From a bacterium (GTDB lineage: Bacteria > Sysuimicrobiota > Sysuimicrobiia > Sysuimicrobiales > Kaftiobacteriaceae): a stretch of DNA of 38,087 nucleotides. The notes below the pieces were generated by a model, which made no database searches, was not told where the DNA came from, and saw only the letters and a program-made list of their open reading frames with translations. The stretch is taken from contig JBIOWP010000074.1 of NCBI GenBank assembly GCA_044868695.1, forward strand, positions 1 through 38,087. The letters are read 5' to 3'. The stretch's first letter is position 1; each line of letters starts with the position of its first letter. The translations under genes and the position numbers were made by a program. Of the stretch, positions 1 to 9,679 are shown in pieces.

Positions 1-2
1 TC

Positions 3-95
3 TGGTCGAAGGTCTTCGGTGAGCTCGGTCTAGAAGCGAGAGCCCTGGCACGACTAGAGGCCCAGGGCCCGCAGGCATCTATCCTCACGCTGTAG
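3..95 (+). CDS. Possible 3' end of an upstream gene (partial, hypothetical)
   Basis: Frame open from the window edge reads WSKVFGELGLEARALARLEAQGPQASILTL to TAG at 93-95, converging on the nuclease stop. Too short to assign a product. Confidence 0.3.
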   Translation, partial: WSKVFGELGLEARALARLEAQGPQASILTL

Positions 96-133
96 AGATT
101 TCTCTGCGGTCTGCTAGAATTCGCGCTTCTCTT

Positions 134-1990
134 CTACGGCCTCCCTATCATATTGATACGCGTCACCGACGGCTCGTGGTCCGAGGCCTGAACCGCGAAC
201 TCGGCGTTGACGTGGACGGTGTCGTAGACGGGCGACTGCGCGGCGATGCGGGGGCTGACCAGGATGTGGTCGAGCGTCTGCGCGTTGCCGTCGAAGACGA
301 ACGTGTAGCGCTCGTTCTCCTGGATGGTCTCCGTCAAGTTCGTGAGCACGCCGCCCTTCAGCGCCTCGAGCGCGTCCGAGAAGTGGAAGTCGTTGAAGTC
401 CCCGAGCACGATCACGTACGCGTTCGGGTCGATGGCCAGGATTCGGTCGACGAAGCCGTTCACGATCTGCGCCTGCGCGACCCGCTGCGGGACCGTCACC
501 TGGTTGGGCGGCTGGAAGCGCCCGAAGAGCGGGTTGTCGCCGGTCTTCGACTTCAGGTGGTTCGCGATCACGAACAGCTTCTTGCCGCGGAAGCGGAACT
601 CGCCGGCGAGCGGCTTGCGCGTCCCCTCCGGTTCGGCCCAAGTGACGTTCTGCGGGTCGACGCGTCCCGGGCTGAGCGTGAGCTGCGGGCCGCTCGGCGT
701 CGCCACCACTTCGGTCGGCTTCGTCGCGTCCCCACCGGGCCGGTCGATGAACGACAGGCCGCGGTCGGTTCGGAAGAGGAAGCCGACGCGGATGTTGCCA
801 CCGGGCACGCCCCCGTCTTCATTGTCCAGCGGGTCGATCTGCCGGAACTCGTACAGCGGGCCGCCGGCAGCGAGGACGGCTTCGATCAGCGCCCGGAAGG
901 TCGGCGCCCCATCGGTCGTCCCGTCGTCGACCTCGCCGTTCGCGTCCTGCATTTCCTGAAGTGCGATCAGGTCGGGCGACCTGAGGTTATCCACGATCTG
1001 CCTCGCGAGCACCGCCATCTGCGCCGCGTCCGCCGGGATCGGCGCGAGGTTCAGCACGTTGAACGTGGCGACCGCGAGTTCCTGATCGGCCGGCGCCGCG
1101 GTCGTCTCCGGGCTCAGTCCCGCGCGGACGACGGTCGGCATCTGGGTGAGCTGGAGCTTGAAGTTGCCGAAGCTGTAGTCCATGACGCCGACGAGCGGGC
1201 CGGCGAAATGGTCGCCCGCGTCGTTCGGCGGCGTCGTCGCGAGCGGCCGGAAGTTCTCGTCGTCGACGATCACCCGCTCAGGGTTGAAGTCGTGCGCGCG
1301 GACGACGATCGCGCCGCGCGGGCTGAGCAGGCCGGCGGTCCAGTTCTGGCTGACGACCGCGGTCTCGCCGAAGTTGTTGCGCGCGCTGACCGCGACCGGC
1401 GCGTCGACCTGCACGAGCATCCCCTCGAAGGTCTCGTAGAAGTCGATCCCGTCGCAGCATGGATCGAACACGCCGCTCGTCTCGACGTCGCCCGTGGAGT
1501 CGTCGTCTATCACCTCCGTCGGCGGCTGCGGGATCGAGGTGGGCGCCGGAACGGGGTTCCCGCTCGGGATGATCGTAACGGCGGGCCTGTCGAACTCCGT
1601 GATCGTCAGGTTGGCGCTAGCGGACCCGCCGGGACGGAACTCAATCACCCTTCCCGTGACGCTCACCCCGTCACCGGCACGCACAGTCGGCGCCGAAGAC
1701 GTGAACACAAAAATGCCGTCGGACGTCGCGGGGTCGCCGTCGCCCGTCGGGTCCTGCAAGTAGAAGCCTCTGGGGCTGACGCCCGTGCGCACTGCGGTCA
1801 CGATTCCTTCGACGACGGTCACGGTCATGCCGGCGAACGGCGAGATGTGCCCCGCACCCTGGATCTGGGGGATCGTGACTACCGTCTGGGCGACCGAGAT
1901 CTTTGGCGTTAGCGACAGTGCGAATGCAAGGACGAGGAGGAGGTACAGAAGGCCTCGACCGACGACAGCGAGTCTCTTCACGGCGCGCAC
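134..1990 (-). CDS. Secreted endonuclease/exonuclease/phosphatase (EEP) family nuclease with N-terminal OB-fold (ExeM/YhcR-like)
   Basis: N-terminal signal peptide (KRLAVV...LLLVLAFALSL); IPQIQGAGHISP, GFYLQDP and SDGIFV in the OB region; EEP motifs ATFNVLN, IALQE, ANHLKSK, LGDFND, LDHIL, SDHEP. Confidence 0.9.
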   Translation of the reverse strand: MRAVKRLAVVGRGLLYLLLVLAFALSLTPKISVAQTVVTIPQIQGAGHISPFAGMTVTVVEGIVTAVRTGVSPRGFYLQDPTGDGDPATSDGIFVFTSSAPTVRAGDGVSVTGRVIEFRPGGSASANLTITEFDRPAVTIIPSGNPVPAPTSIPQPPTEVIDDDSTGDVETSGVFDPCCDGIDFYETFEGMLVQVDAPVAVSARNNFGETAVVSQNWTAGLLSPRGAIVVRAHDFNPERVIVDDENFRPLATTPPNDAGDHFAGPLVGVMDYSFGNFKLQLTQMPTVVRAGLSPETTAAPADQELAVATFNVLNLAPIPADAAQMAVLARQIVDNLRSPDLIALQEMQDANGEVDDGTTDGAPTFRALIEAVLAAGGPLYEFRQIDPLDNEDGGVPGGNIRVGFLFRTDRGLSFIDRPGGDATKPTEVVATPSGPQLTLSPGRVDPQNVTWAEPEGTRKPLAGEFRFRGKKLFVIANHLKSKTGDNPLFGRFQPPNQVTVPQRVAQAQIVNGFVDRILAIDPNAYVIVLGDFNDFHFSDALEALKGGVLTNLTETIQENERYTFVFDGNAQTLDHILVSPRIAAQSPVYDTVHVNAEFAVQASDHEPSVTRINMIGRP

Positions 1991-2056
1991 TCCTAGGGCA
2001 GTCGACTGGGGGGAAAGTCACGCACTGGGTTCACCGCCCGCGAGTGCCGTTCCTGC

Positions 2057-2566
2057 CTAGTCGTCCTTCTCGCCGCCTGCGCCCGTCTCGCGCGCCAGAT
2101 AATCCTCGACGAAGAGCAGCCCGCTCTCTCCGGCGCGGCGCACCACGCTCAGCAGCTTGTCCATGCTGGACACCTCCTCCAGCTGTTCCTCGACGAACCA
2201 CTGCAGGAATTGCTGGGTGGTGTAGTCGTTTTCCTTGACCGCCAGCTCCAGGATCGCATGGATTTGCCTGGTAACTTCCTGCTCCCAGTCCAGGGAGAGC
2301 TTCACCATCTCCTCGGCCGTGGTAAACGTGCTCTTCGGGGCCGACACCGCCGGGATGGCGACGGCGGCACCCGCATCGATGACGTAGCGGATGAAGCGCA
2401 TTGCGTGGTCGCGTTCCTCGTCCGCCTGATTGTAGAAGTGCGCGGCCAGCCGGGGCAGGCTCTGGCCGTCGAAGTGCGCAGCAATGGCGACATACTGGAG
2501 GAAGGCGCCAAACTCCCGGCCGATCTGCGCATTAACGCTGTCACGCATTTTCTGACTGATGATCAT
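2057..2566 (-). CDS. ftnA: Non-heme ferritin
   Basis: NAQIGRE, QADEERDHAMRF, WEQEVT and FLQWFVEEQLEEV ferroxidase pattern. ATG at 2566 with GAGGAG SD is preferred over the 2581 start. Confidence 0.9.
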   Translation of the reverse strand: MIISQKMRDSVNAQIGREFGAFLQYVAIAAHFDGQSLPRLAAHFYNQADEERDHAMRFIRYVIDAGAAVAIPAVSAPKSTFTTAEEMVKLSLDWEQEVTRQIHAILELAVKENDYTTQQFLQWFVEEQLEEVSSMDKLLSVVRRAGESGLLFVEDYLARETGAGGEKDD

Positions 2567-2629
2567 GAATGCTCTCCTCACACGAGTGGGATAAGGGATG
2601 GGAGGGGGCTCGTCTTCAGCATACCACCG

Positions 2630-2658
2630 TTGACAGCGGTGAGTGCGCCTGCTATGAA
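2630..2658 (+). promoter_or_regulatory. Sigma70-type promoter for hom
   Basis: TTGACA (2630-2635), 17-nt spacer, TATGAA (2653-2658) preceded by TGn. A divergent extended -10 (TGgTATGCT, 2626-2618, minus strand) could serve ferritin. Confidence 0.55.
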
Positions 2659-2686
2659 GGGTGCATCTTCGCGTCCGGGTGAGCGC

Positions 2687-3979
2687 GTGGCAGAGCGGAA
2701 GTCAGTCGGGGTCGGGCTGCTGGGGCTGGGGACCGTCGGGGCCGAGGTCTACCGCCTGCTGCAGGATCGGGATGCCATCGCCCGGGCCGCAGGCATTCCG
2801 GTTCTCGTCAGGCGCGTGGCGGTGGCGCGTCGCGAGCGGCCGCGGCAGGTCCCGGTGCCCGCGGACCTCCTGTGCACCGACGGAGGGGACGTCGTGGCGT
2901 CGGCGGAGGTCGACATCGTCGTCGAGCTTATCGGCGGCGTTGACCCGGCCCGGGACTACGTTCGGCAAGCCCTGTCCCTCGGGAAGTCGGTGGTGACGGC
3001 CAACAAGACACTGCTGGCGGCCCACGGCCCGGAACTGTTTGCCGGCGCGGAGGCGTCCGGGGCTCACCTGTACTTCGAAGGCAGCGTCGGCGGCGGCATC
3101 CCTCTCATCAAACCCATCCAGGAATCCCTTGCTGCGGCACACCTGCAGGCGCTCACCGGCATCCTCAATGGGACGACCAACTTCATCCTGACCCGCATGG
3201 CCCACGAGGGGTGGGCGTTTGAAGAAGCCCTGGCTGAGGCCCGCCGGCGGGGGTTTGCCGAGGCGGATCCGGGCGACGACGTCGACGGCCACGATGCCGC
3301 AGCCAAACTGGCCATCCTGACCGCCGTCGCCTTCCGCACGCAGATTACCTGGTCAGACGTGTATCGCGAAGGGATCCGCCGCATTACTCCGCGAGACTTT
3401 GCCTACGCCAAGGAACTCGGCTTCGGCATCAAGCTGCTGGCGATCGCACGCAGGCACGACGGTGAGATTGAAGCACGCGTCCACCCGGCGCTCGTACCCC
3501 TCGACCATCCTCTGGCCCTGGTGCCCGACGAGTTCAACGCCGTGCTCGTGGAGGGGCAGGACGTGGGCCGGATCGTGTTCAGCGGCCGCGGGGCCGGCGG
3601 CGCGCCGACCGCGACGGCCGTCGTAGGCGATATCCTTACGGTAGCCAGGGCCCTCGCGTTAGGGGTCCGGGGGCGGTCGCCGCTGGGCGCGGCTCGGCCC
3701 TCCCGGGTCCGGCCGATCGACGACGTCGTGGTCCCCTACTTCGTCAGCCTGCAGGTCACCGACCGGCCGGGGGTGTTTGCCCAGGTGGCCACGGTGTTTG
3801 GGGAAGAGCAGGTGAGCATCGCGTCGATCGTGCAGAAGAGCCGCGGCGAGGTCGCCGACGCCATTCTCGTGAGCCACAACGCGCCTGAGCGCGCCATTCG
3901 ACGCGTGCAGGAGCGCCTGCGCGCGCTGGGCGTGGTGAAGGCGATCAGCAATATCATCCGAGTCGAGGGCAGTGTCTAG
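2687..3979 (+). CDS. hom: Homoserine dehydrogenase with C-terminal ACT domain
   Basis: GLGTVG Rossmann motif, VVTANK, FEGSVGGGIP, GILNGTTNFIL, AEADP..DVDGHDAAAK, GRGAG; ACT domain (DRPGVFA). GTG 2687 chosen because ATG 2654 lies inside the -10 box. Confidence 0.93.
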   Translation: MAERKSVGVGLLGLGTVGAEVYRLLQDRDAIARAAGIPVLVRRVAVARRERPRQVPVPADLLCTDGGDVVASAEVDIVVELIGGVDPARDYVRQALSLGKSVVTANKTLLAAHGPELFAGAEASGAHLYFEGSVGGGIPLIKPIQESLAAAHLQALTGILNGTTNFILTRMAHEGWAFEEALAEARRRGFAEADPGDDVDGHDAAAKLAILTAVAFRTQITWSDVYREGIRRITPRDFAYAKELGFGIKLLAIARRHDGEIEARVHPALVPLDHPLALVPDEFNAVLVEGQDVGRIVFSGRGAGGAPTATAVVGDILTVARALALGVRGRSPLGAARPSRVRPIDDVVVPYFVSLQVTDRPGVFAQVATVFGEEQVSIASIVQKSRGEVADAILVSHNAPERAIRRVQERLRALGVVKAISNIIRVEGSV

Positions 3980-4006
3980 CCTCGCGGTTCCGGCGCCGGC
4001 GCAGCG

Positions 4007-4363
4007 CTATTTGCGCAGGTAACTGTCTTCCTTATTAATCCAGTCCTGGCGCGGCGGGCTGAAGAAGTCCATCTCCACAGTCTCTTCCAGCATCTCCGCA
4101 CCGTGAGGCACACCGCCGGGGATCAACAGGACTTCACCGGGCCGCAGTGTCAGTTCCCGGTCCACCAGGTTGAACCGCATGAGGCCTGAGATGCAGTACG
4201 TGAGCTGCTCGTTCTCATGCTGGTGGACCGGGACGACGGCGCCCTTCTTGAATTCCAGGTACGCGGCCATCAGCCGGTCCCCCCACAGCATCCGCCGCCG
4301 GATCTGGGGATTGAGTGATTCGGCGTCCAGCTCGAGCAGGCGCTTGTGGACGACAGATTTCAT
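4007..4363 (-). CDS. Cupin-domain protein (cupin_2)
   Basis: VPVHQHENEQLTYCISG and IPGGVPHG cupin metal motifs; D-x-F-S-P-P-R-x-D-W tail; AGGAGGT SD before ATG 4363. Confidence 0.88.
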   Translation of the reverse strand: MKSVVHKRLLELDAESLNPQIRRRMLWGDRLMAAYLEFKKGAVVPVHQHENEQLTYCISGLMRFNLVDRELTLRPGEVLLIPGGVPHGAEMLEETVEMDFFSPPRQDWINKEDSYLRK

Positions 4364-4467
4364 ACATTGTACCTCCTTGCTCCCGCGAGCTTCTGGCATC
4401 GTTCGTCATTCCAAGAGTCGCCCCTGCCTCATTGCCCCGGTCCCAGTTGGCCTCCTCGCATGCGGGT

Positions 4468-4496
4468 TGGACACGACGGAGGCGGGCCGCTATGAT
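4468..4496 (+). promoter_or_regulatory. Sigma70-type promoter, probably for a leaderless MFS transcript
   Basis: TGGACA (4468-4473), 17-nt spacer, TATGAT (4491-4496), then 7 nt to ATG 4504 with no SD in between. Confidence 0.6.
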
Positions 4497-4503
4497 GTGA
4501 CCC

Positions 4504-5712
4504 ATGGCCACACCCGTCGGCCTGCGACAGGCCCTCCGCGAAATGCCGCGCGAGGCCTGGGTGCTCTTTGCCGGGACATTCGTCAACCGCTTCGGGAGCT
4601 TCGTTCTTCCCTTCCTGATCCTCTATCTGGTCAAGCGCGGCTACCCCACGGTCGCCGCGGGTGCCATCGTCGGTCTGTATGGAGCCGGGGCCTTGCTCGC
4701 GTCGATGGCCGGTGGCTATCTGGCAGACCATTTGGGACGGCGCACGGCGATCGCGCTGTCGATGTTCACCTCCGCCTCAGCCCTAATGCTGCTGTCGCAG
4801 GCGGAGCACCTGGGCTCGATCGCCGGACTCACGTTCCTGGCCGGGCTCACCGCCGAACTCTACCGTCCCGCCAGCGGCGCGCTCCTCGCGGATCTCGTCC
4901 CCGCCGGGCGGCGGGTCACCGCGTTTGCGCTCTACCGCCTGGCCATCAACGCGGGGTTTGCGATCGGGCCCGCGGCGGCGGGGTTTCTGGCCGACCGGTC
5001 GTTCCTGTGGCTGTTCGTTGGCGATGCGATTACATCGGTGGTGTTCGGCATCCTCGCCCTGACCGCGCTCCCGGCGGTCACACATGCGCGCGCCGAGCGG
5101 GAGGAGCGCGGAGAAACGATGCGGGCCATCCTGCGGGACCGCGCCTTCGTAGCGTTTCTCGCCGCGTCGCTGGCGATCGCCTTCGTATACATGCAGTCGG
5201 TGTCGACGTTCGCGCTCCACGTGCGCGATAGCGGCTTGAGCAACGCCGTGTACGGGGCGCTGGTTTCGCTGAACGGTCTGCTGATCATCTTCTTGGAGTT
5301 GCCGATCACCACGGTGACCCAGCGGCTGCGGCCGCGCCCGGTCATCGCCGCCGGCATGCTGCTTGTGGGAATCGGGTTCGGCCTGACTGCGCTGGCGCAC
5401 ACCGCACCGGCGCTGGTCCTCACGGTTCTGGTGTGGACGCTGGGTGAAATCGTCGGGGCGCCGGTGGGGTCCGCGTTCGTTGCCGACATCGCCCCGCAGC
5501 ACCTTCGCGGCCGGTATCAGGGCGCCTGGGGGTTGACCTGGGGTCTGGCCGCGGTCCTCGGGCCGACGCTGGGAACGCGGATGTATGCGTGGAGCCCCTC
5601 GGGGTTCTGGTCGATCTGCGCCGTCCTCGGAACTGTCGCGGCGGGCTTGGTCTTCCTGGGGCGGGAACCGGAACGGGCCCCCGCCCCCGTCGCAACCACC
5701 GCCCGCCCTTAG
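4504..5712 (+). CDS. MFS transporter (MdtH-like drug/H+ antiporter group)
   Basis: About 12 hydrophobic segments; motif A GGYLADHLGRR; ADIAPQHLRGRYQG. Confidence 0.9.
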   Translation: MATPVGLRQALREMPREAWVLFAGTFVNRFGSFVLPFLILYLVKRGYPTVAAGAIVGLYGAGALLASMAGGYLADHLGRRTAIALSMFTSASALMLLSQAEHLGSIAGLTFLAGLTAELYRPASGALLADLVPAGRRVTAFALYRLAINAGFAIGPAAAGFLADRSFLWLFVGDAITSVVFGILALTALPAVTHARAEREERGETMRAILRDRAFVAFLAASLAIAFVYMQSVSTFALHVRDSGLSNAVYGALVSLNGLLIIFLELPITTVTQRLRPRPVIAAGMLLVGIGFGLTALAHTAPALVLTVLVWTLGEIVGAPVGSAFVADIAPQHLRGRYQGAWGLTWGLAAVLGPTLGTRMYAWSPSGFWSICAVLGTVAAGLVFLGREPERAPAPVATTARP

Positions 5713-6347
5713 CGGGCCTTCCGCAGCTCCAGGCCGCTCCAGATCAGGAACACAACAGAGAGAGCAAACGACACCAGGAAGAACACTTCCGTAGTGGGGG
5801 AGAACACGGATAGGATCCCTGCGGCCCCACCCACCACGCCCACCCACGCGACCCCAGAGGTGAACGCTTTGCTGGTCATCGCAGCCCACCCGGCCAGCAG
5901 AAACGCCAACCCGACGGCCAGACTCCCGAACGCCTGCAGGCCCATATGCACGGCGCTCAGCGCCACCCACGCATGTCCGGCGGCAACCGGGTCGGGTCCC
6001 CTGATGATGGCAGGATCGCCCACCCACATCAGGACTGAGTTGAGCCCGTATGCGCCGACGCCCACCAGGCTGAAGTAGAGTACGCCGGTCGCGCGTGACG
6101 GTGTGCGGTCGCGGAGCCGCGCTGCCAGGCCTGGGAAGTAGAAGATCACCCCAACAATCGCCAGCGTGCCCACGATGCCGTCGAACCGCCAGCGGCTGAG
6201 GTTTCCACCGGCGAATGCCATGGCTTTGGCGGGATCGGTCATCGTATCCGGCGCGGCACCGCTGGTCATGAACGAAATAAAGAGGACGGCGAGCAGCACG
6301 CCGGCGACGATCCCAGCCGTTCCGGCGGTTTGTGGACGAGGATTCAT
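5709..6347 (-). CDS. Multi-pass membrane protein, DUF4386-like
   Basis: About 6 TM segments; GGAGG SD; clear paralog of 19827-20480. Confidence 0.7.
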   Translation of the reverse strand: MNPRPQTAGTAGIVAGVLLAVLFISFMTSGAAPDTMTDPAKAMAFAGGNLSRWRFDGIVGTLAIVGVIFYFPGLAARLRDRTPSRATGVLYFSLVGVGAYGLNSVLMWVGDPAIIRGPDPVAAGHAWVALSAVHMGLQAFGSLAVGLAFLLAGWAAMTSKAFTSGVAWVGVVGGAAGILSVFSPTTEVFFLVSFALSVVFLIWSGLELRKAR

Positions 6348-6521
6348 GATGCGCCTCCGGAGCCCGCCCTATGAGTGAACCGGCCGGGCCGGCCCCAGGG
6401 GGGCGTTTCGGCGGGTACGGTGAGTGGCCCTGCGGGTGGAACGGGTGAGGGGGTACAGGATTCAGCCTGGGGACGCGCGAACGGTGCTTCCTGCACCCCG
6501 GATCTGCCCAAGGAGGCCGTC

Positions 6522-7937
6522 ATGCGCGCGCCCAGAGTCGGCATTTTGACGTTTTCTGACGGGCGCCCGCACGTGCACAATGAGCTGCTCTCCTTGACCC
6601 GCGATTTTCAGGGGCGCCTGGCCGCCCGGCTGCGGGACGCGGGGTGGGAGGTAACCACCGGACGAGATATCGTCTGGACCACCGACCTCGCCAAGAGTGA
6701 AGGGCGATACCTGGCTGCAGCGGAAGTCGATGCCACGATCTTCAACTTCGCCATTTGGAGTTTCCCACATCTCCCAGCCATCGCCAGCCAGTTTGCCCCA
6801 GGTCCGTTCCTGCTGTTCAGCAACGTTAACCCCCGCTACCCCGGGCTGGTCGGGATGCTCGCGAGCGCCGGCGCGCTCGACCAGGTCGGCGCATTCTGCG
6901 CGCGCGTCTCGGGAGATGCCTCCGACGACGCCGTGTTTGCCCGTGCGCTGCAGTTTCTCCGCGCCGCGGCGGCCACCACTCGCCTGCGCGGTGAGACCTA
7001 CGGGTTGATCGGCGGCCGGTCGATGGGGATGTACACCGCGCAGAGCCCGCTGGACCAGTGGCGCCGCCAGTTTGGGATCGACGTGGAGCACATCGACCAG
7101 CTCGAGATCGTGCGCCGGGCGGGCCTGGTGTTGGAGGACCGTGTGGAAGACGGGTTTGCCTGGCTGGAGCAGCGCGTCGGCCAGATCCACTACGACGGCA
7201 AGAAACTCACCCCAGAACTGCTGAAGCGCCAGATCCGCAGCTACCACGCCGTCCGTGAGATCGTGGCCGACTGGCGGCTGGACTTCTGCGGTATCAAGGG
7301 GCAGCCCGAGCTGACCGACCACTTCTGCACGATGGATGTCGCAGAGGCGTTCTGCAACGACCCCTACGACTGGGAAGGTCCGCACGATCCGATCGTGTGC
7401 GCGACCGAGGCGGACATGGACGGCGCCCTGACGATGGAGGTTTTCAAGCATCTCGCCGGGACACCTGTGCTGTTTGCCGACGTGCGGCATTATGACGCGG
7501 GCGACGGAGTATGGGATTTGTGCAACTCCGGCCAGCACGCGACGTTCTTCGCCGGCCGGTCCACCGACCCGGCGGTGAATCTGCCCAAGGTCCGCTTCTA
7601 TCCGGAAATCATTTATTTCCCGGCGGGAGGCGCCTCGGTCGCGCATATCGCCGCCCCAGGTGGGGTGACGCTGGCGAGGCTGGCGCGGCGCCAGGGAAAG
7701 TACTGGATGGCGATCGTCCCCGCTCAGTTCGTCGAGTACGCTGAGCAGGTGGCGTGGAAGAAGGCCGAGGCAACCACCCCGGAGTGGCCGCACGCGTTCG
7801 CGAAGTTCCGCGTGAGCGCCGATGTCTTCCTGGCATCCTACGACAGCAACCACATCCACGGGGTCTACGGCGACTATACGCAAGAGCTGATCTGGGTGTG
7901 CAAGATTCTGGGGATGGACTACCAGGTGTTCGCCTGA
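6522..7937 (+). CDS. L-fucose/D-arabinose isomerase (FucI) family protein
   Basis: GGRSMGMY, CATEADMDGALTM (Mn-ligand E/D), LFADVR, SNHIHGVYG (His ligand); AGGAGG SD before ATG 6522. Confidence 0.85.
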   Translation: MRAPRVGILTFSDGRPHVHNELLSLTRDFQGRLAARLRDAGWEVTTGRDIVWTTDLAKSEGRYLAAAEVDATIFNFAIWSFPHLPAIASQFAPGPFLLFSNVNPRYPGLVGMLASAGALDQVGAFCARVSGDASDDAVFARALQFLRAAAATTRLRGETYGLIGGRSMGMYTAQSPLDQWRRQFGIDVEHIDQLEIVRRAGLVLEDRVEDGFAWLEQRVGQIHYDGKKLTPELLKRQIRSYHAVREIVADWRLDFCGIKGQPELTDHFCTMDVAEAFCNDPYDWEGPHDPIVCATEADMDGALTMEVFKHLAGTPVLFADVRHYDAGDGVWDLCNSGQHATFFAGRSTDPAVNLPKVRFYPEIIYFPAGGASVAHIAAPGGVTLARLARRQGKYWMAIVPAQFVEYAEQVAWKKAEATTPEWPHAFAKFRVSADVFLASYDSNHIHGVYGDYTQELIWVCKILGMDYQVFA

Positions 7938-7959
7938 GCAGTCGGCCCGGCCCGGACGC

Positions 7960-9600
7960 ATGCCCACATACACGGTCGGCATCGACTTTGGCACGGAGTC
8001 GGCCCGCGCGGTCGTCGTCGACACCGCCGGCGGGGGGGTGGCGGCCACCGCAACCTTCGCGTACCCGCACGGGGTGATCGACCGCGGCCTGCCCGGCCGC
8101 TCAGAACCGCTGCCTCCGGACTGGGCGCTGCAGCATCCGCAGGACTGGCTGCAGGCGCTGGAGACGCTGCTCCGCGCGGCGGCTGCGCGGGGGAATCCGG
8201 ACGAGATCGTGGGGATCGGGATCGACTTCACCTCCTGTACGGTGCTGCCGGCGACGGCCGGCGGGATTCCGCTGTGCCTTCTGCCTGATGTGGCCCCTGA
8301 TGCCCACGCGTGGCCGAAGCTCTGGAAGCATCATGCGGCTCAACCGTTTGCGGACCGGATCAACGCCGCGCGCGCGCGCCCGGGCGGAGAGTTCCTGGAG
8401 TTCTACGGCGGGAAGACGTCGTCCGAGTGGCTGTGGGCGAAGGGCTGGCAGGTGCTGGCCGAGTCGCCCGCCGTCGCCCGCGCCGCGGACCGGTGGATCG
8501 AGGGTGGAGACTGGATCGTCTGGCAGCTCACCGGCGCCGAGAGCCGCAGCGTGTGCCAGGCTGGCTACAAGGCGCACTGGCAGAAGGACACCGGATACCC
8601 CGCGGCCGCCTTTCTTGCCGCGCTGGATCCCCAATTGCCATCCCTGCTGCAGCGGTTGGGGCCCCCGAGTCCGGTGGCGCAGCGGGCCGGAGGGCTGCTG
8701 CCCGTCTGGGCGGTGCGCACCGGTCTGCGGGCCGGCACGCCCGTCGCGGTGGCGGTGATCGACGCGCACGCGGCGCTGCCCGCCGTCGGTGCCGCGGAGC
8801 CCGGGCGGCTGGTCGCCATCATGGGGACGTCGACCTGTCACCTGCTTGTGGACAGCCGCAGGCACACGGTGCCGGGGATTTCCGGCGTCGTGGAAGACGG
8901 CATCCTGCCCGGGCTTTTCGGCTACGAGGCCGGCCAGGCGTCCGTCGGAGACATCTTTCAGTGGTTCGTGCGCACCTTGGTGCCCTCGCACCTTGGTACC
9001 GGAGACGGCGCGTTCGCGGCCCTCCTGGACCAGGCGGCCCGCCTGCGTCCGGGGGAGGCGGGCGTGCTGGCCCTGGACTGGTGGAATGGATGCCGGACGC
9101 CGCTGGTGGACGCCGACCTGTCCGGCCTGCTGGTCGGGCTCACGGTGACGACGGAGCCCCATGAGATCTTCCGCGCGCTGCTGGAATCAACGGCGTTTGG
9201 GACGCGGCGCGTGATCGACACGTTCGAGGCGGGCGGCGTCTCCATCCGCGAGGTGATTGCCTGCGGCGGGCTGGCCGAACGCAACACCCTGCTGCTGCAG
9301 TTGACCGCCGACGTGACCGGCCGGGAGATCCTGGCTGTGCCCACGCCGCACGCGTCGGCGGTCGGCTCCGCGATCTACGCCGCCGCTGCGGCGGGCCCGG
9401 CCACCGGAGGGTACGCAGACCTTCGCGAGGCGATTCACCGGATGGGGGCCGCTGAGCGGACCTCCTACCGACCGCGGCCGGTGGAGCAGCGGGCCTACGA
9501 GTCCCTCTACCGCGACTACCTCGACCTGGCTCGATACTTTGGGGAAGGCGGCACGACGGTCATGCAACGCCTCCGGCGCCATCGCGCCGGCGTGAGGTGA
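7960..9600 (+). CDS. araB: Ribulokinase (FGGY family, AraB-type)
   Basis: GIDFGTESAR, WALQHP, GIGIDFTSCT, KLWKHHAAQ, YGGKTSSEW, IDAHA, IMGTSTCH, YEAGQ, LDWWNG.RTPL. Confidence 0.9.
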   Translation: MPTYTVGIDFGTESARAVVVDTAGGGVAATATFAYPHGVIDRGLPGRSEPLPPDWALQHPQDWLQALETLLRAAAARGNPDEIVGIGIDFTSCTVLPATAGGIPLCLLPDVAPDAHAWPKLWKHHAAQPFADRINAARARPGGEFLEFYGGKTSSEWLWAKGWQVLAESPAVARAADRWIEGGDWIVWQLTGAESRSVCQAGYKAHWQKDTGYPAAAFLAALDPQLPSLLQRLGPPSPVAQRAGGLLPVWAVRTGLRAGTPVAVAVIDAHAALPAVGAAEPGRLVAIMGTSTCHLLVDSRRHTVPGISGVVEDGILPGLFGYEAGQASVGDIFQWFVRTLVPSHLGTGDGAFAALLDQAARLRPGEAGVLALDWWNGCRTPLVDADLSGLLVGLTVTTEPHEIFRALLESTAFGTRRVIDTFEAGGVSIREVIACGGLAERNTLLLQLTADVTGREILAVPTPHASAVGSAIYAAAAAGPATGGYADLREAIHRMGAAERTSYRPRPVEQRAYESLYRDYLDLARYFGEGGTTVMQRLRRHRAGVR

Positions 9601-9679
9601 TGCGCACCAGGGATGCGGGTGTGGGAGGGGGTGACAGGGACGCACGGCCGGTTTCACTATCCGAGGAGGTGACCGTGGA

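Noticed and set aside
1450..1470. Vicinal Cys-Cys (DPCCDG) in the nuclease
   Set aside because: Appears to lie in a variable linker, with no evidence of function.
176..1912. 578-aa plus-strand ORF and similar long antisense ORFs (e.g. 6462-8231, 15858-17450, 27270-28517, 31805-32881)
   Set aside because: Shadows of well-supported genes on the opposite strand. They are expected in high-GC DNA and have Arg/Gly/Pro-rich sequence with no motifs.
2210..2686. Long N-terminal extension of homoserine dehydrogenase
   Set aside because: Antisense to ferritin and upstream of or within the predicted promoter; family similarity begins near 2687.
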